Shown here one piece after another: positions 38,300-49,625 of a stretch of 64,000 bases of DNA (position 1 is the stretch's first letter; each line of letters starts with the position of its first letter). The stretch is from Gekko japonicus (lineage: Eukaryota). The stretch spans positions 1,226,036 through 1,290,035 of the forward strand of contig NW_015167069.1 of the NCBI RefSeq assembly GCF_001447785.1, written 5' to 3'. Both the position numbers and the translations under genes were made by a program. The notes beneath the pieces were generated by a model. That model searched no databases, was not told where the DNA came from, and saw only the letters and a program-made list of their open reading frames with translations.

Positions 38300-38850
38300 A
38301 CAGAGGAAGAACGTGTTAATCTGCAGGCACAGTCCCATTTTGGGCGGCTCATCGCGCCAAGAGGTCATCGGTAGGCTCTCAGCTGGGCCTTAGCCAGTGG
38401 GCCACGGTGGACTGGTAAGGGTGCCGGGGCCTACAGTGGCCGGACCTGCTGCAGTTGTTGTGCCAGGGGAGGGTTGGCCCTCCGCCTCAGGTTCTAGTTG
38501 CTTATTTAGGAAGCAACAATTTAGGCCTGATTGAGGGCAAGGCGTTAATCCTTCAGGCCCGGGCTGATTTCCAGTTTATTCACAGGTGGCGGCCTGACTT
38601 TGCTGATCTGGGCAGTTATCATACGCCACCGAGTTGGCAGGGGGTTGGGAGTCTGCTTGCCATTGAAAAGGCTCACCACAAGATGAATAGAGTGCTGCAG
38701 GGAGTTCTGTGGGCGATTTGGGTGTCTTTTTGCCGCACCCAAGCATTCATGCTGGGCAGGCTGAGCTTGACCAACAGGGTGGTATACATCTTTCAGAGTT
38801 GGGCATGGACATATTTCTGGATGACTTACGGCAAGGGCTTCAGGAGGTCT
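38300..38850 (+). pseudogene. SGNH/GDSL hydrolase-like ORF remnant of the Ngaro element
   Basis: Block I VLICRHS/FWAAHRA, block II W*GCRGLQW, block III VLVAYLGSNNLG, block V GGIHLSELGMDIFL. Confidence 0.75.
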
Positions 38851-41043
38851 GGGGCCTCCTGGTGGGGCACAGAGGCCTAAGCAGAGGCTTGGCCTCAGTG
38901 ATGGCAGGTTGCTATGCGGTATACAGATTGTGGTCTGGTGAACACCAGCTAACACCCCTCATTTGGGGTTGAAGGGGTCCTGTGAGTACAGTCTTTGTGC
39001 CTTGTGGCACAGGGTGGGGAAAAAAGACTGCCTTCAGGACAGCCCTGTTTAGGTCCTCTCTTTGAACCTTGCGGCTTGGGGGATGGGGCTACGGGGGTGT
39101 CCTGCAATGGCTAGCTGGCAGGGTGGGAGCCCCTGTGGTGGGCTCTCGCCCAGGGCATGGTGGCTCGCCATACTGAAGAAGTAAGGGAGGGGTCCTCGAC
39201 CTCTGGCCTTGACCATACCACAAGCTGTGTTGCCCTTGCCGTTGGTTCCAGTTAAAGTTGTCAGTTAATAAAGTGGCCCTATAGTTAAACCCATCATTTG
39301 TGTCTGCCTCTGGGGGGGGCAAAAGAAAAAGGGAAGTTGGAGGGAGGAATCATTATACTGATATACACACATTTCCAGTCTGAAAACCTAACTACTGCAC
39401 TAAACTGGTTCTCAGTGAGACTGATGACAGAACAAAGAAGGAAAAGAATGGCAAAGAGAACATCAGCAAAAGAATGTGATTGCATTCTATGACAAAAAAA
39501 AACCCAATGAAAGCAAACACAGAACGAGATATATAAATTTAGTTCTACCCCATTGATAAACATGGGTTGACCTTTGAGCTACTTATGTGTGAACCTATCA
39601 TACAGCTCTTTCTCTACATGGAAACGCACTGACTACCAAGACATTTCCTTGAATTATTGGGATCATATGTTATGCCAGATCCTACAATGGTGCACCACTA
39701 TAATGAAGATGTAAGAAAAGACAGGATCTATTGCATGTTAAGGAGTTTCAACTAGTTCCCTGAGGGCTGTATGCCCCCCCCCATTGAGATCTCACCATAT
39801 GAGAACACCACAATATCTTTTCCTACAAAAAGAACATGGCATACTAACCAGTTGCTTGAGGATGGCCCCTCAAAGGTATGTCTTATGTAGCATTTGAAAA
39901 CCCAAGCACATAGTTCCTGTCAGGCAAAAAATATGACAACGAGGGAGAAGGTAGAGTTGTTTTTCTGGGCAGTGATCATAAAGATGGCAACCTGTTCCAT
40001 CCATTACTTGCAATAAATACATACAGTATTTAATATGAACATTTGATAATGTTGCTGCCAGAGTGACAAATGAAGGCTTTGGAGAATGAGTGAAATAGGT
40101 CTTTGTCTTGTGTTAAATATTGGCTTTTCATTAGATCGGCTGCAAATTTATGGCATGCAAGAGGGCCACCCAGAAATGAATGGCTTCCTTAAAGAGTTTT
40201 AAATGCTCTTTTAAAAGTTGTACAGGAGTTCTGTACATAGAGAGCAAAAATAAAAATGATTTCTTAAAGCCTCAAGCCTCGGCTGCCAAGATATAATTCT
40301 TTTTTTTCCCCCTTACAATCCTCAGGGTTGTAACTCAGGGAAAACAACTGCCCAGGGTTTCCACAACTTTTACAAACACAGGATTGATTCAAGGGGGAAG
40401 TGTTGTTCTTTATGAGACAAAGTTGATGTCCTTGCAAGATTGCAGACCTTTGTTCATGCATCTTAATGGGAGCTCCTGAACACCAAGCACAGGATCCAAC
40501 CAGCTTTTCTTTTGGTGAAAAAAGGAAGGAGGTGTCCTGCTTGACCAATCAAAACAGCTATGCTGAGACTAACATTTGTGTGTGTATAAAGAACTGTCAA
40601 GTTGCAGCATACTTATGGTGACCCCACCAAGGAGCTTTGAAGGCAAGTGAGAAGCAAAGGTGGTGTGCCATTATTTTCCTCTACAGAGTCCACCTTGGTG
40701 GTCTTCCAACTGGCTGGACTTTGTCCAGCACTGCCAAGTACCAACCCTGCTTGGCTTTCGAGATATGATGAGATCAGGCTATAATCATGCTGCCTTCCAT
40801 CCCACTGAGACTCATAGGGCTTGCACATACAAAAGTTATGTGGTACAGGGGGTTGTAGTATGGATGAGAATTGGGTGAGATTTAGTAGGAAAGTTTGTTG
40901 GATTCAGTCTTCTTTTTGCACACACTGCTGTTCCAGGTTATGTTTCTTGCAACACAATCCTAATCACTACATCATCCATTCAAGGACACAATGTGTACAA
41001 GTGGCTGAAAAACAAGCTAAGTGTTCAGATATTTTGAGTACTG

Positions 41044-41235
41044 ATTTATTTATATCCCCACCCTTCTCCTCCATGGGGACCTATTATCCCCTCCTCTGCT
41101 TTATCGTCACAACAACCCTGTGACCTAGGTTAGGCTGAGAGTGTGTGACTGGCCCAAGGTCTCCTAGCAAGCTTCTGTGGCAGAGCAGGGATTTGAAACT
41201 GGGGTCTGTCACTCTAACTGGTACATCCAGCTGGT
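41044..41235 (-). mobile_element. tRNA-derived SINE, diverged
   Basis: cacaacaaccctgtgacctaggttaggctgagagtgtgtgactggcccaagg...ggatttgaaactggg. Confidence 0.65.
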
Positions 41236-41254
41236 TCTCACTGATTCTAACCTT

Positions 41255-41760
41255 TGTTGCCTTGGGCTCCCTGGAGGGATTTCTAACAACAGTTCCAGCA
41301 CCTACTAAATGAAGACGCAAGACAACCATGTATGTTTTAAACTAAGTTTTCTTTATTGGTTGGACTGCCGGATAAACAAACGATTGGAGCCGGGAGGGTA
41401 CCTGGTAGGGCTCCCCCCACCCCAGACTTACTGTGGCCATAGTTAGGGTTTCTGCATAGGTCTCTGCACCATGCACCGTGTAAGCCGCTCAGAGCCCTTC
41501 GGGGGTGAGCGGGGTATAAAATTGAAAGTATAAATGAATAATAAATAAATCATCACATTCCCCCCTAACTTTTAGGACAGGTTAAAACTGAGACAGACAA
41601 GTATCTATCAGCCTTTCTGGGAACTCTTCCCTGGCTCCAAATTTGGATAGCATTCTGGCTGGCTTTATTGATCCTAGGCTGAACATGTACTGTGTTGAGG
41701 GGTGCTAAGGTTTAATCCCCTTTTCCCAGCATGCTACACAGACATGTAAGGGTTATGGGG
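41255..41760 (-). mobile_element. Possible 3' end of an old LTR retrotransposon (PPT plus 3' LTR about 41255-41557) with a LINE/SINE tail inserted
   Basis: Minus strand aaagttAGGGGGAA|TGTGATG, AATAAA at about 41352, and upstream RSQGRVPRKADRY resembling integrase C-terminal tails. Confidence 0.4.
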
Positions 41761-41975
41761 GATGCTGTTCACCACTAAGGGTGTTCTCATTGCAATCCAA
41801 CACATCATTCAATGAACAATGGGCTGTTTCAGCCCTTCCTCTTCTGATGCATCAGTGTGTACACCAATTTTCTCTACCTATGCTGGGCAATCCCACCCTG
41901 TTCCTGCCATCACCAGTTACGGCCTAACCAGTCCAAAGACCAGACCTATTTATCACCCTCTCCCTCGAACATCAT

Positions 41976-42157
41976 TAGGGCTGCCAGCTCTGGTTCAGAA
42001 ATACCTGGAGATTTTGGGAATAGAGCCTGAGGTGGATGGGGTTTTGAGATAATACCATAGAGTCCACCTTCCAAAGCAGCCATTTTCTCCAGGTGACCTG
42101 GAGATCACTTGTAATAGCAGGAGATCTGCAGCCATCTTTCGGAGGCTAGCAATCCTA
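41976..42157. mobile_element. hAT MITE (TAGGGTTGCCA family)
   Basis: TAGGGCTGCCA...TAGCAATCCTA. Flanks AACATCAT/AATGTCAT are consistent with an ancestral 8-bp TSD AACGTCAT after CpG decay. Confidence 0.8.
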
Positions 42158-45100
42158 AATGTCATGAAGCAGGCAAGAAATCCAGTACCCTTCCTGAGCT
42201 AATCCTAGGAGAACCAAAATAATAATAATAATAAATCATCCCATTCAGCCCCAGAAGGTAACCAGCTAAATTCCACATTGGTCTACCAGAGGGTAGACCA
42301 CTCACCAGTATGATGCAAATGCCTGCTTTAGGAGTCTCCTTTTAAGGTATTCATTTTCATCTTCCAGTTGACTGGACTTTGTCTAACACTGCCAATAGCC
42401 TCTCGTTCCTTGTTTGAACAGCGATGCTGCTGCAGTGGCACCTCCGACTCTAAAAGCCATGAATGAACTTGTCCCCCCCCCCAAATGAGAACATTTAGAA
42501 GGTCAAGCCTTTACCTGGAACATTTCAAACAACATGGAAGTCATCATGAGCAAGCTTTCAGTTTCATCAAAAGTCTAGTTTGAGAAAAGTGTTAGAAAAA
42601 AGAACAAAAGGGGTAATGATGGGGGGGGGCAGTCTTCTACATTGCCTGGGGCACTATAGCAGTGTCCCCAGCACAGTGCCATAGTGCACCCTGGGAAACA
42701 TAATCCTTAGGCATTACTGCTTGGCACTACAAAGACTACATTCCCCAAGGTGCACTCAGGCTCTAGCAAAGGGGGAGGGGGACTTTTCTGCTTGCCTACG
42801 TGACACCTTGTTAGCCTACATGTCTAGCTGGCCAGCTGGCTCCACCAGTCTTGGTTCTGCAACAGCAGCAACCATAAGCCCTGTTCACAAATTACAGTGA
42901 ATGCACATAAAATTCATGTATAAGGTATACTTTATTATTCTTTAGGCATGCATTGAATAGTTCTCATGTTACATTCAATAGCTGAATATCTTATTTAAAT
43001 TTCCTATTTATGCAAGCCCTGGTTTCATTTGTAAAGTGAATGTGCATTGGCTCTTTCTATATGTCTATGCACATGCATCTAAGATGTACATACATTTGCT
43101 GAAATATGGTAACAGGGCTACTGTCATTCTAATAAATTAAATGGGATAAGGAAGAGGGAGGGTTGTTCTCTGGCTCAGATATACAATCTGAGACAATTTG
43201 GTAGTTCTAATGGTCACCTCGATATTCAAAGTGAGCATGGTACGCATCAGGCTCATATTTCCTAGCACAGGAAGTATCAGCTTGGCTGACATAATTTGAG
43301 ATAAGACAGGGCCCAAGAGATTTGAGTCCATACCAGAGCATCACTCACAATATCTTCCCCACCAAATCAAGAGCCTGAGAATATATTATTTCCTCCCCCA
43401 TTCTTTCTTAGGACAATTTTCTCTGCAGAGTGTCTTCTTTGTTGAATAAGAACAGTCAGCCCAGCAGCACGCTGAATGGCAGCAGACACAGAGGGGTGTT
43501 CTTCTTGTCCTGAATGACTTAGTGGGACACTGTTCAGAAGGAATTACAAGAACACAATTGCCCAGCTAGCTCCTAGCTGTGAAAAAACACTGCACATGGT
43601 GGTGCAAATGCATTGGAAATCACATTAATCCTGCCTCATAAGGGAGCATCTCTTCTTGATGAGCATATGTCTCTGTCATTAGCACTCACAGGAGTCGCAT
43701 GCCCACGCTGAGAATGCAGCCCCACTGCTTCTGAAGGTAGAGAAATGACTCATAAACTGTTGCTTGAGGAAATGCAGAGCTACTCATATGACTGACAAGG
43801 CTGAGAAATCTGGAGCCTAAAAGACTAAAACAATGATGGCATGGGCATCTGATCTAGCAGTTAGAGTCATGACCTGAGTTCGTCAGAATCATAATTCTGT
43901 CTCTGGACAGTGGCCCACCAGTAAGAGCACCAGATTTCTTAAAATCCCTTTTCTATAGTGCCAGTTCCTATGGTCTAATTTTTTTCAGTGAGGTGATAAA
44001 CCTCTGTGTGACCACTTCAGTCGTATGACTTTCATACAAAAAGTGCCCTAATCACAGAAAATCAGATATCAGAGAGAAAGGTTTTAATGTAGCTGTTTTC
44101 CTGTACTACTTTTCGATGGGCAGGGATATATATGTATATATATATGTGTGTGTATATATATAATTCAGTCATATGAGTTTCTACCTGTCACCTGAAGTAG
44201 TACAGTTTAGAGACAGGCTTGAAAGCACAGTGAGAACTATGCCCATTTTGGTGGACTTTCATTAGCACTAATCAGAGTTACATCCATCACTGAGCTTAAA
44301 AGGGTAAAATTCTGTTTAGGACTGCACCGTTTCTTGAAAATAAAATTCATTTCAGCTCCATCCTCAGTCTTTAATGAATGCATCACTTTTGCGAGGAGAC
44401 ACTACATAGCATATGATGAATTGTAAGCAGTCTCCATAAAGTTTCCTGGGATCTTGACACAAAATGCACAATAATGTCAGATCGAATCCAATTAATTCCC
44501 TTAAAGGACTGTTACCCATGTTAGCAACCTCTTCTTTGTAAGTGCAATTTCTCTGTTGCCTTTAACTAAATGCCCCAAAATGGGCAGTGTGACAAAAAAT
44601 GACATTGCACCCAATATTAAAATATGAAAGACAAACTTTGGTGCTTGCTACAGCTGTCTTCTATAGATATTTTGTATATCAGCAATCAGAAAATTAATGC
44701 AAGATCGCGCAGTATTGCAGGCAAAGAATATTTCACAACTAGACTGTTTTTGGTGGTGTTTTTTTTTAAATACCCTCTAGAAAACAAATTATTTTTTTCA
44801 TTCCTTTGGGCATATCTTTACGGTATGCAGAGACCTCATCAAAAAAGGCACATGTAAGATTCTGAAGGAAATTGGAAAAAGAATTGGTAAGGGGGGGGAG
44901 CAGACAAAAGCATTTGTAGCAATGTTTTCTTTAAGACAGAACTATTCCAAGCATGTCTGTTAACACTATTGTATGAAAGAAATGGAAGGAAAGGCAATAA
45001 TTATTGGGCAACTTGGCATTTTAAAAACAAAAGGGAAAATTGGAATTCTTTCTCCACAGAGAGCTTATTTGTGTGTTAGATGGAGGTCTCTACATGCTAC

Positions 45101-45610
45101 TTTTTCACACAATTTTGTGTGAAATCAGAAGATCAGCAAACAAGATATGGAAAACAAACCTACCTAAGTTGTTGCCTTCCATAAGAGGCTTCTGCATCAG
45201 GACATGAAGATTTCAATTCATAAAAGGGAGTGAAAAATTCTAGAGGGGTAACTATGTTAGACTGTTTTGGTAAAACTAAAACGGAGACCTGGGTTGCCAC
45301 TTTATGCTAACAAAACTTCTTGGGATTTGATGCATGAACTGTGTTCTTGGGGGGGGGGAGAGGAAGGGAGGGAGAGACAGAGATAGAGAGGGTGCAACTT
45401 ATTCAAAAGTTAATGAACCTACATACAATTGATGTACACTATACACTCAATTTTTTAAAATTCATGCATTGAGTAATTATCCTGTTGCATTCAATTAAAA
45501 TACAGCTGAATGTGTGATACAAACCCTACATTTATGCAGGTACTGGTCTCTGGTTACAATTGCAATGTGAACATGTGTTGGCTCTTTCTTACAGATCAAT
45601 GCATACATAT

Positions 45611-45772
45611 TAGGGTTGCCAAGTGTATCTTCACTAGGAGCAGGGGGCTCCCGGCCGGTGTCTTGTGTGTGCGCGGCCTTGTCACCCGGAAGTGACAGGA
45701 GGACGCCAGGCACCCTGGGGGCGGGGCCACGGCCATACAAGGGAAAACCATAGAATTTTCCCTTGTATGGCC
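45611..45772. mobile_element. Young CpG-rich TAGGGTTGCCA-family hAT element running into a gap; includes a perfect 17-bp-arm hairpin at 45731-45772
   Basis: TIR at 45611; ggccatacaagggaaaa-ccatagaa-ttttcccttgtatggcc. Confidence 0.65.
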
Positions 45773-46126
45773 NNNNNNNNNNNNNNNNNNNNNNNNNNNN
45801 NNNNNNNNNNNNNNNNNNNNNNNNNNNNNNNNNNNNNNNNNNNNNNNNNNNNNNNNNNNNNNNNNNNNNNNNNNNNNNNNNNNNNNNNNNNNNNNNNNNN
45901 NNNNNNNNNNNNNNNNNNNNNNNNNNNNNNNNNNNNNNNNNNNNNNNNNNNNNNNNNNNNNNNNNNNNNNNNNNNNNNNNNNNNNNNNNNNNNNNNNNNN
46001 NNNNNNNNNNNNNNNNNNNNNNNNNNNNNNNNNNNNNNNNNNNNNNNNNNNNNNNNNNNNNNNNNNNNNNNNNNNNNNNNNNNNNTTTCCCTGCAGCCAC
46101 ACAGAGAGAACAACTAAGCTGGGATC

Positions 46127-46333
46127 TAGGACTGCCAACCTTCAGATGGTGGCTGGAGAACCGCTGGATTACAACTGAACCCCAGGCTATAGAAGTCAGT
46201 TTACCTGAAGAAAATGGCTGCTTTGGAAGTTGGACTCTATGACATTACACCCTGCTAAGACTCCTCCCCTTTCTAAAGCTTCAACCAACCCCCAAATCTC
46301 CAGGTATTTCCCAGCCTGGAGCTGGCAACCCTA
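46127..46333. mobile_element. hAT MITE (TAGGGTTGCCA family)
   Basis: TAGGACTGCCAACC...CTGGCAACCCTA with internal aaaatggctgctttggaa..tggactctatg. Confidence 0.75.
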
Positions 46334-46452
46334 TGGGGGACTCTTGTGTTCACTTTTATGCCATTTTCCCCAGGCAAAATGCACTGCAGGATCATTTCAC
46401 CCTTTTTGGCTGTTTCACATGCACAAAATGTGAGAAACCCAGACTTGAGTTT

Positions 46453-46577
46453 TAAATAAATAAATAAATAAATAAATGTTTGGTTATGTTTTGTCTGTTG
46501 GAAAAATTGGAAATAAATAAATAAATAAATAAATGTAACATCCAGTTGGGCTCTGAGACAAACAAAGAAAAGAAAGA

Positions 46578-46615
<38 letters not shown>
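46453..46615. repeat. (TAAA)n runs and (GA)n microsatellite
   Basis: Direct read. Confidence 0.9.
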
Positions 46616-46620
<5 letters not shown>

Positions 46621-47002
46621 TAAATGGGCAAGAAGCCCAATAAAATGCAAAATGGCACAGAATGGGGCTCTTGCATTTCATTAGCATCTCACCCTTTTGT
46701 TACTACCTTTACCTCCATACATGTGTATGCGCACATGCATGTGTTTGTATACCTTCACCACCACCCCCATCAATTGGGTATCTATTCAATGGAAGGTTAT
46801 ACCAAAATAAAGCTGTTCCCTTTTCAATTGTCACACAAGACTCCTTTTTGTTAAAAAATAGTGTACTTTGACAGCATTGATGACTTTTGATAACAGCACA
46901 ATAACTAGATCAATGCAGGTCAAATATTTTAAAACCAAAAAAAACAAAACAATTGGCATGCACACGTGGTGCTTTGATAGAGGGAGTTAAGCCTTTATAC
47001 AA

Positions 47003-47219
47003 TACGGTTGCCAACCACCAGGTGGAGAATGGAGAGCCCCAGCTTTTGCACCTGATCTCCAGACTACAGAGATCAGTTCCCTAGGGAAAATGGCTGCTTT
47101 GGAGGGTGGACTCTATGGCATTATGCCATGCTGAGGTCCCTCTCCTCCCAAACCCCACCATCTCCAAGGTTCATCCCTGAATTCTCCATGTATTTCCCAA
47201 CCCAGATCTGGCAATCCTA
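47003..47219. mobile_element. hAT MITE (TAGGGTTGCCA family)
   Basis: TACGGTTGCCAACC...CTGGCAATCCTA, same internal core as 46127. Confidence 0.75.
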
Positions 47220-47586
47220 CTTATATAACTATATGCCTTCTACAGTGTCATGCCATGAGTTCATCCTGATCAGTTCTCAGGCTTCTCGAGCAAAGCCCTC
47301 TCCCATTGTCTCCTGCCTGTGGCCCTTTTTGCTGAAGATGCTAGTGATTGAACCGGGAATCCTATGAACACAGAGCATTTGTTCTTGCATGCATGCACAA
47401 CCCCTTTCCATTGTTCTGTAAGACAATGCTATAAACTAGCACACTACAACTTCAGACCTTAGCCAGTGATTGAACTCAGGGCCTTTTTGCAGGTGCTCCG
47501 ACTCTGAGCTGCGACCCTTCCCTGTGCGGTACTCTCCCTCCCTCTCTGGTGTCCCTGACAAAACTTGGTGCCTCATATTCATAGGT

Positions 47587-48038
47587 AAACCAAACAATAG
47601 GGACCCCAAGTGTATATAATATAAAAAGAAACAGAAATGCAAGGGTAGACCATCAGCAAATATACAAATTTCACAAGTTGCTGGTAGACGCACGTCTATT
47701 GAAATATGGTAACATTACATCAATAAATAAAGTAGAATTGGTGGTCAAAATTCAAAGATAATGGCCATAATAATGGTAATAAACAACAAGAGACTCCTCT
47801 GACTCCTCTTTGGACACTATTTCATGAAAGGACTCAGAGGAGTCTCTTGTTGCTTATTATTTATTTATTTATTTATTTTTGACATTTTTACCCCCCCCCC
47901 ATGAATTGTGACCACCAATTCTACTTTATTTATTGATGCAATTTATTTATTGATGCAATGTTACCATGTTTCAATACACTTGTGTCTACCAGCAACTTGT
48001 GAAATTTCTATATTTGTTGATGGTCTACCCTTGCGTTT
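47587..48038. repeat. Fold-back (nested inverted repeat) element flanked by a 14-bp direct repeat
   Basis: Outer arms 47635-47754 / 47902-48038, inner arms 47778-47802 / 47834-47858, and TCATATTCATAGGT at 47573-47586 and 48039-48052. Confidence 0.85.
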
Positions 48039-48207
48039 TCATATTCATAGGTGGCAACCTCCCTCCTGTACATTGAAGTGCTAGCAAAGTTTGCATCAAC
48101 ACATAATTTTCACATCCTTCCTCCTGACTTCTATGCCATTCCTCCTCCTTTATTTTTTTTAATTAAGGGTGGGGGATTGTTCACAGGTTTGTTTGATTAA
48201 TCAGCAT

Positions 48208-48544
48208 CAGAGGTCATTTCGGGGGGGATCGCGGGGGAACGGAGTTCCCCCGGGAGAGGTGCGGGGGGGCAAACAACGGAGCCCCTCCCCCTGCTTCCAG
48301 TTGCCCTGCTTCCAGCCCTCATTCAGCCAGGAGGAGGCAGGAGAAGAGGGAGGGTAAGTTGCTTCCTCCCTGCCTCTCCCCACCTCTGCCTGCCTGGGGC
48401 CAGGGAGGGCCTTGGCGGGACTTCCTTGCACTCCCACCAGCCTTGCAGGTCCACCGCCACGCCCCTGATGTCAGGGTGTGTGGCATATGCTAATGAGTTA
48501 TGCTAATGAGTTTCCCTAGCTCTTTTTCTACGAAACAACCCCTG
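48208..48544. mobile_element. Non-autonomous hAT element (337 bp)
   Basis: TIRs CAGAGGTCATTTCG / CGAAACAACCCCTG and perfect 8-bp TSD ATCAGCAT. Confidence 0.88.
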
Positions 48545-49529
48545 ATCAGCATTCGAAACTAACAGCGACCTTGTTCCCCTTCCCCTCCCTACGTCTTCAG
48601 CAATACATCATCGAGGCTTCCGCCCTCCCACTTGCTTTTTTTTAATCTGGAAAGAGATTTCTTCTAGAGTATTTTGGTTCTGTGCATTTGTTGTACATAT
48701 CTGCCCCATATCGGATTCATGCTGCAGCATGAGAAGTGTAGTGTTGAAGAACAAAGAAGAACGGAATCACGCTTGCATGTGAGGGTTATAATCAAGTTCA
48801 TAGCAGGAGTTTTTAACTGAATCTTTACTGTGCAGAGGTGTTCATTTACTTACTTGAATTATGTCTCACTGTATCCCAAAGTCTCTAAGCAGTTTATACA
48901 GATATTTGAAAGGTGGTTTTTTTCATGTAAAGAAAAAGGGAACCTCCCCTACAAATATATGAAATGTCTTACTAGAAGGGAATGGATGCAACATCTAGCA
49001 TGCCTTTATCCTGAGGCTCTGTATTTGCAGAGCCACTTGGTGATTGTTGGTATAACATTTGAAGCTGCAAACTAATACAACTAGCACCACATGAGTAGTG
49101 TGAACAATAGCAGGATGGCTTTCTTGCACAGCCATTCACAAAACAGCTGGAGTTCTTGGTTTTCAATCAGTGGTGTAGTGGCCAGAATGATGGACTTTGT
49201 ATCCCTGGCTCAAATCCTTGTTTACCTTCAGTTAGTCACAGAGGTCCTTTCCGATAATGACAGCCCCCCCACACACAGACACCCAGAGGTGTGCTGGAGC
49301 TGACTAACCTACAAAAGACTATGTAATCAGTTGCTCAGTGCCTTCTCATTCTACTTATTGATCATGTTTGTATAATATCCCTCCCCCAATTCTTCAGCAT
49401 TTGTGTTGCATCTTAAAACAAGTTTGAAAGACTCATCACCATTTCCTACTCGTTTGCCACCCTTCTGAGCAATTGTTTTGAAATCATTTTTAATGAGAGA
49501 GTTCTTTTTTGCTAGCTTTCTGAGCGAGA

Positions 49530-49625
49530 CAGTCAGTGATGATGTAATTAGTGGGACGATATCGTGACATCACCTAGCCAATCTGAACTAGCTAAGTGAT
49601 GATTTCACAGGGCTAAATCTGACTG
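49530..49625 (+). ncRNA. Candidate box C/D snoRNA-like sequence
   Basis: C GTGATGA 49536-49542, D' CTGA 49583-49586, C' GTGATGA 49596-49602, D CTGA 49619-49622, and a short CAG/CTG terminal stem. No target recognised. Confidence 0.25.

Larger units (their letters stand above)
33840..39305 (+). mobile_element. Decayed tyrosine-recombinase retrotransposon (Ngaro/DIRS group)
   Basis: GC-rich 5' region, weak RT-like remnants, clear YR and SGNH remnants, and a 3' aataaagtggcc...ttaaaccca terminal motif. Boundaries are approximate. Confidence 0.75.
33142..39357 (+). mobile_element. LTR (related to 25041) apparently split by the Ngaro insertion; LTR parts about 33142-33836 and 39305-39357
   Basis: Starts TGTAATGGAC (compare TGTGATGGAC). 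The distal piece tgcctctggggg...gggaagttgg...CATTATA resembles the 3' end of the 25041 LTR. Confidence 0.4.

Noticed and set aside
45495-46242. ORFs spanning N runs (also near 20311, 21661, 28495, 52071)
   Set aside because: Artefacts of translating gaps
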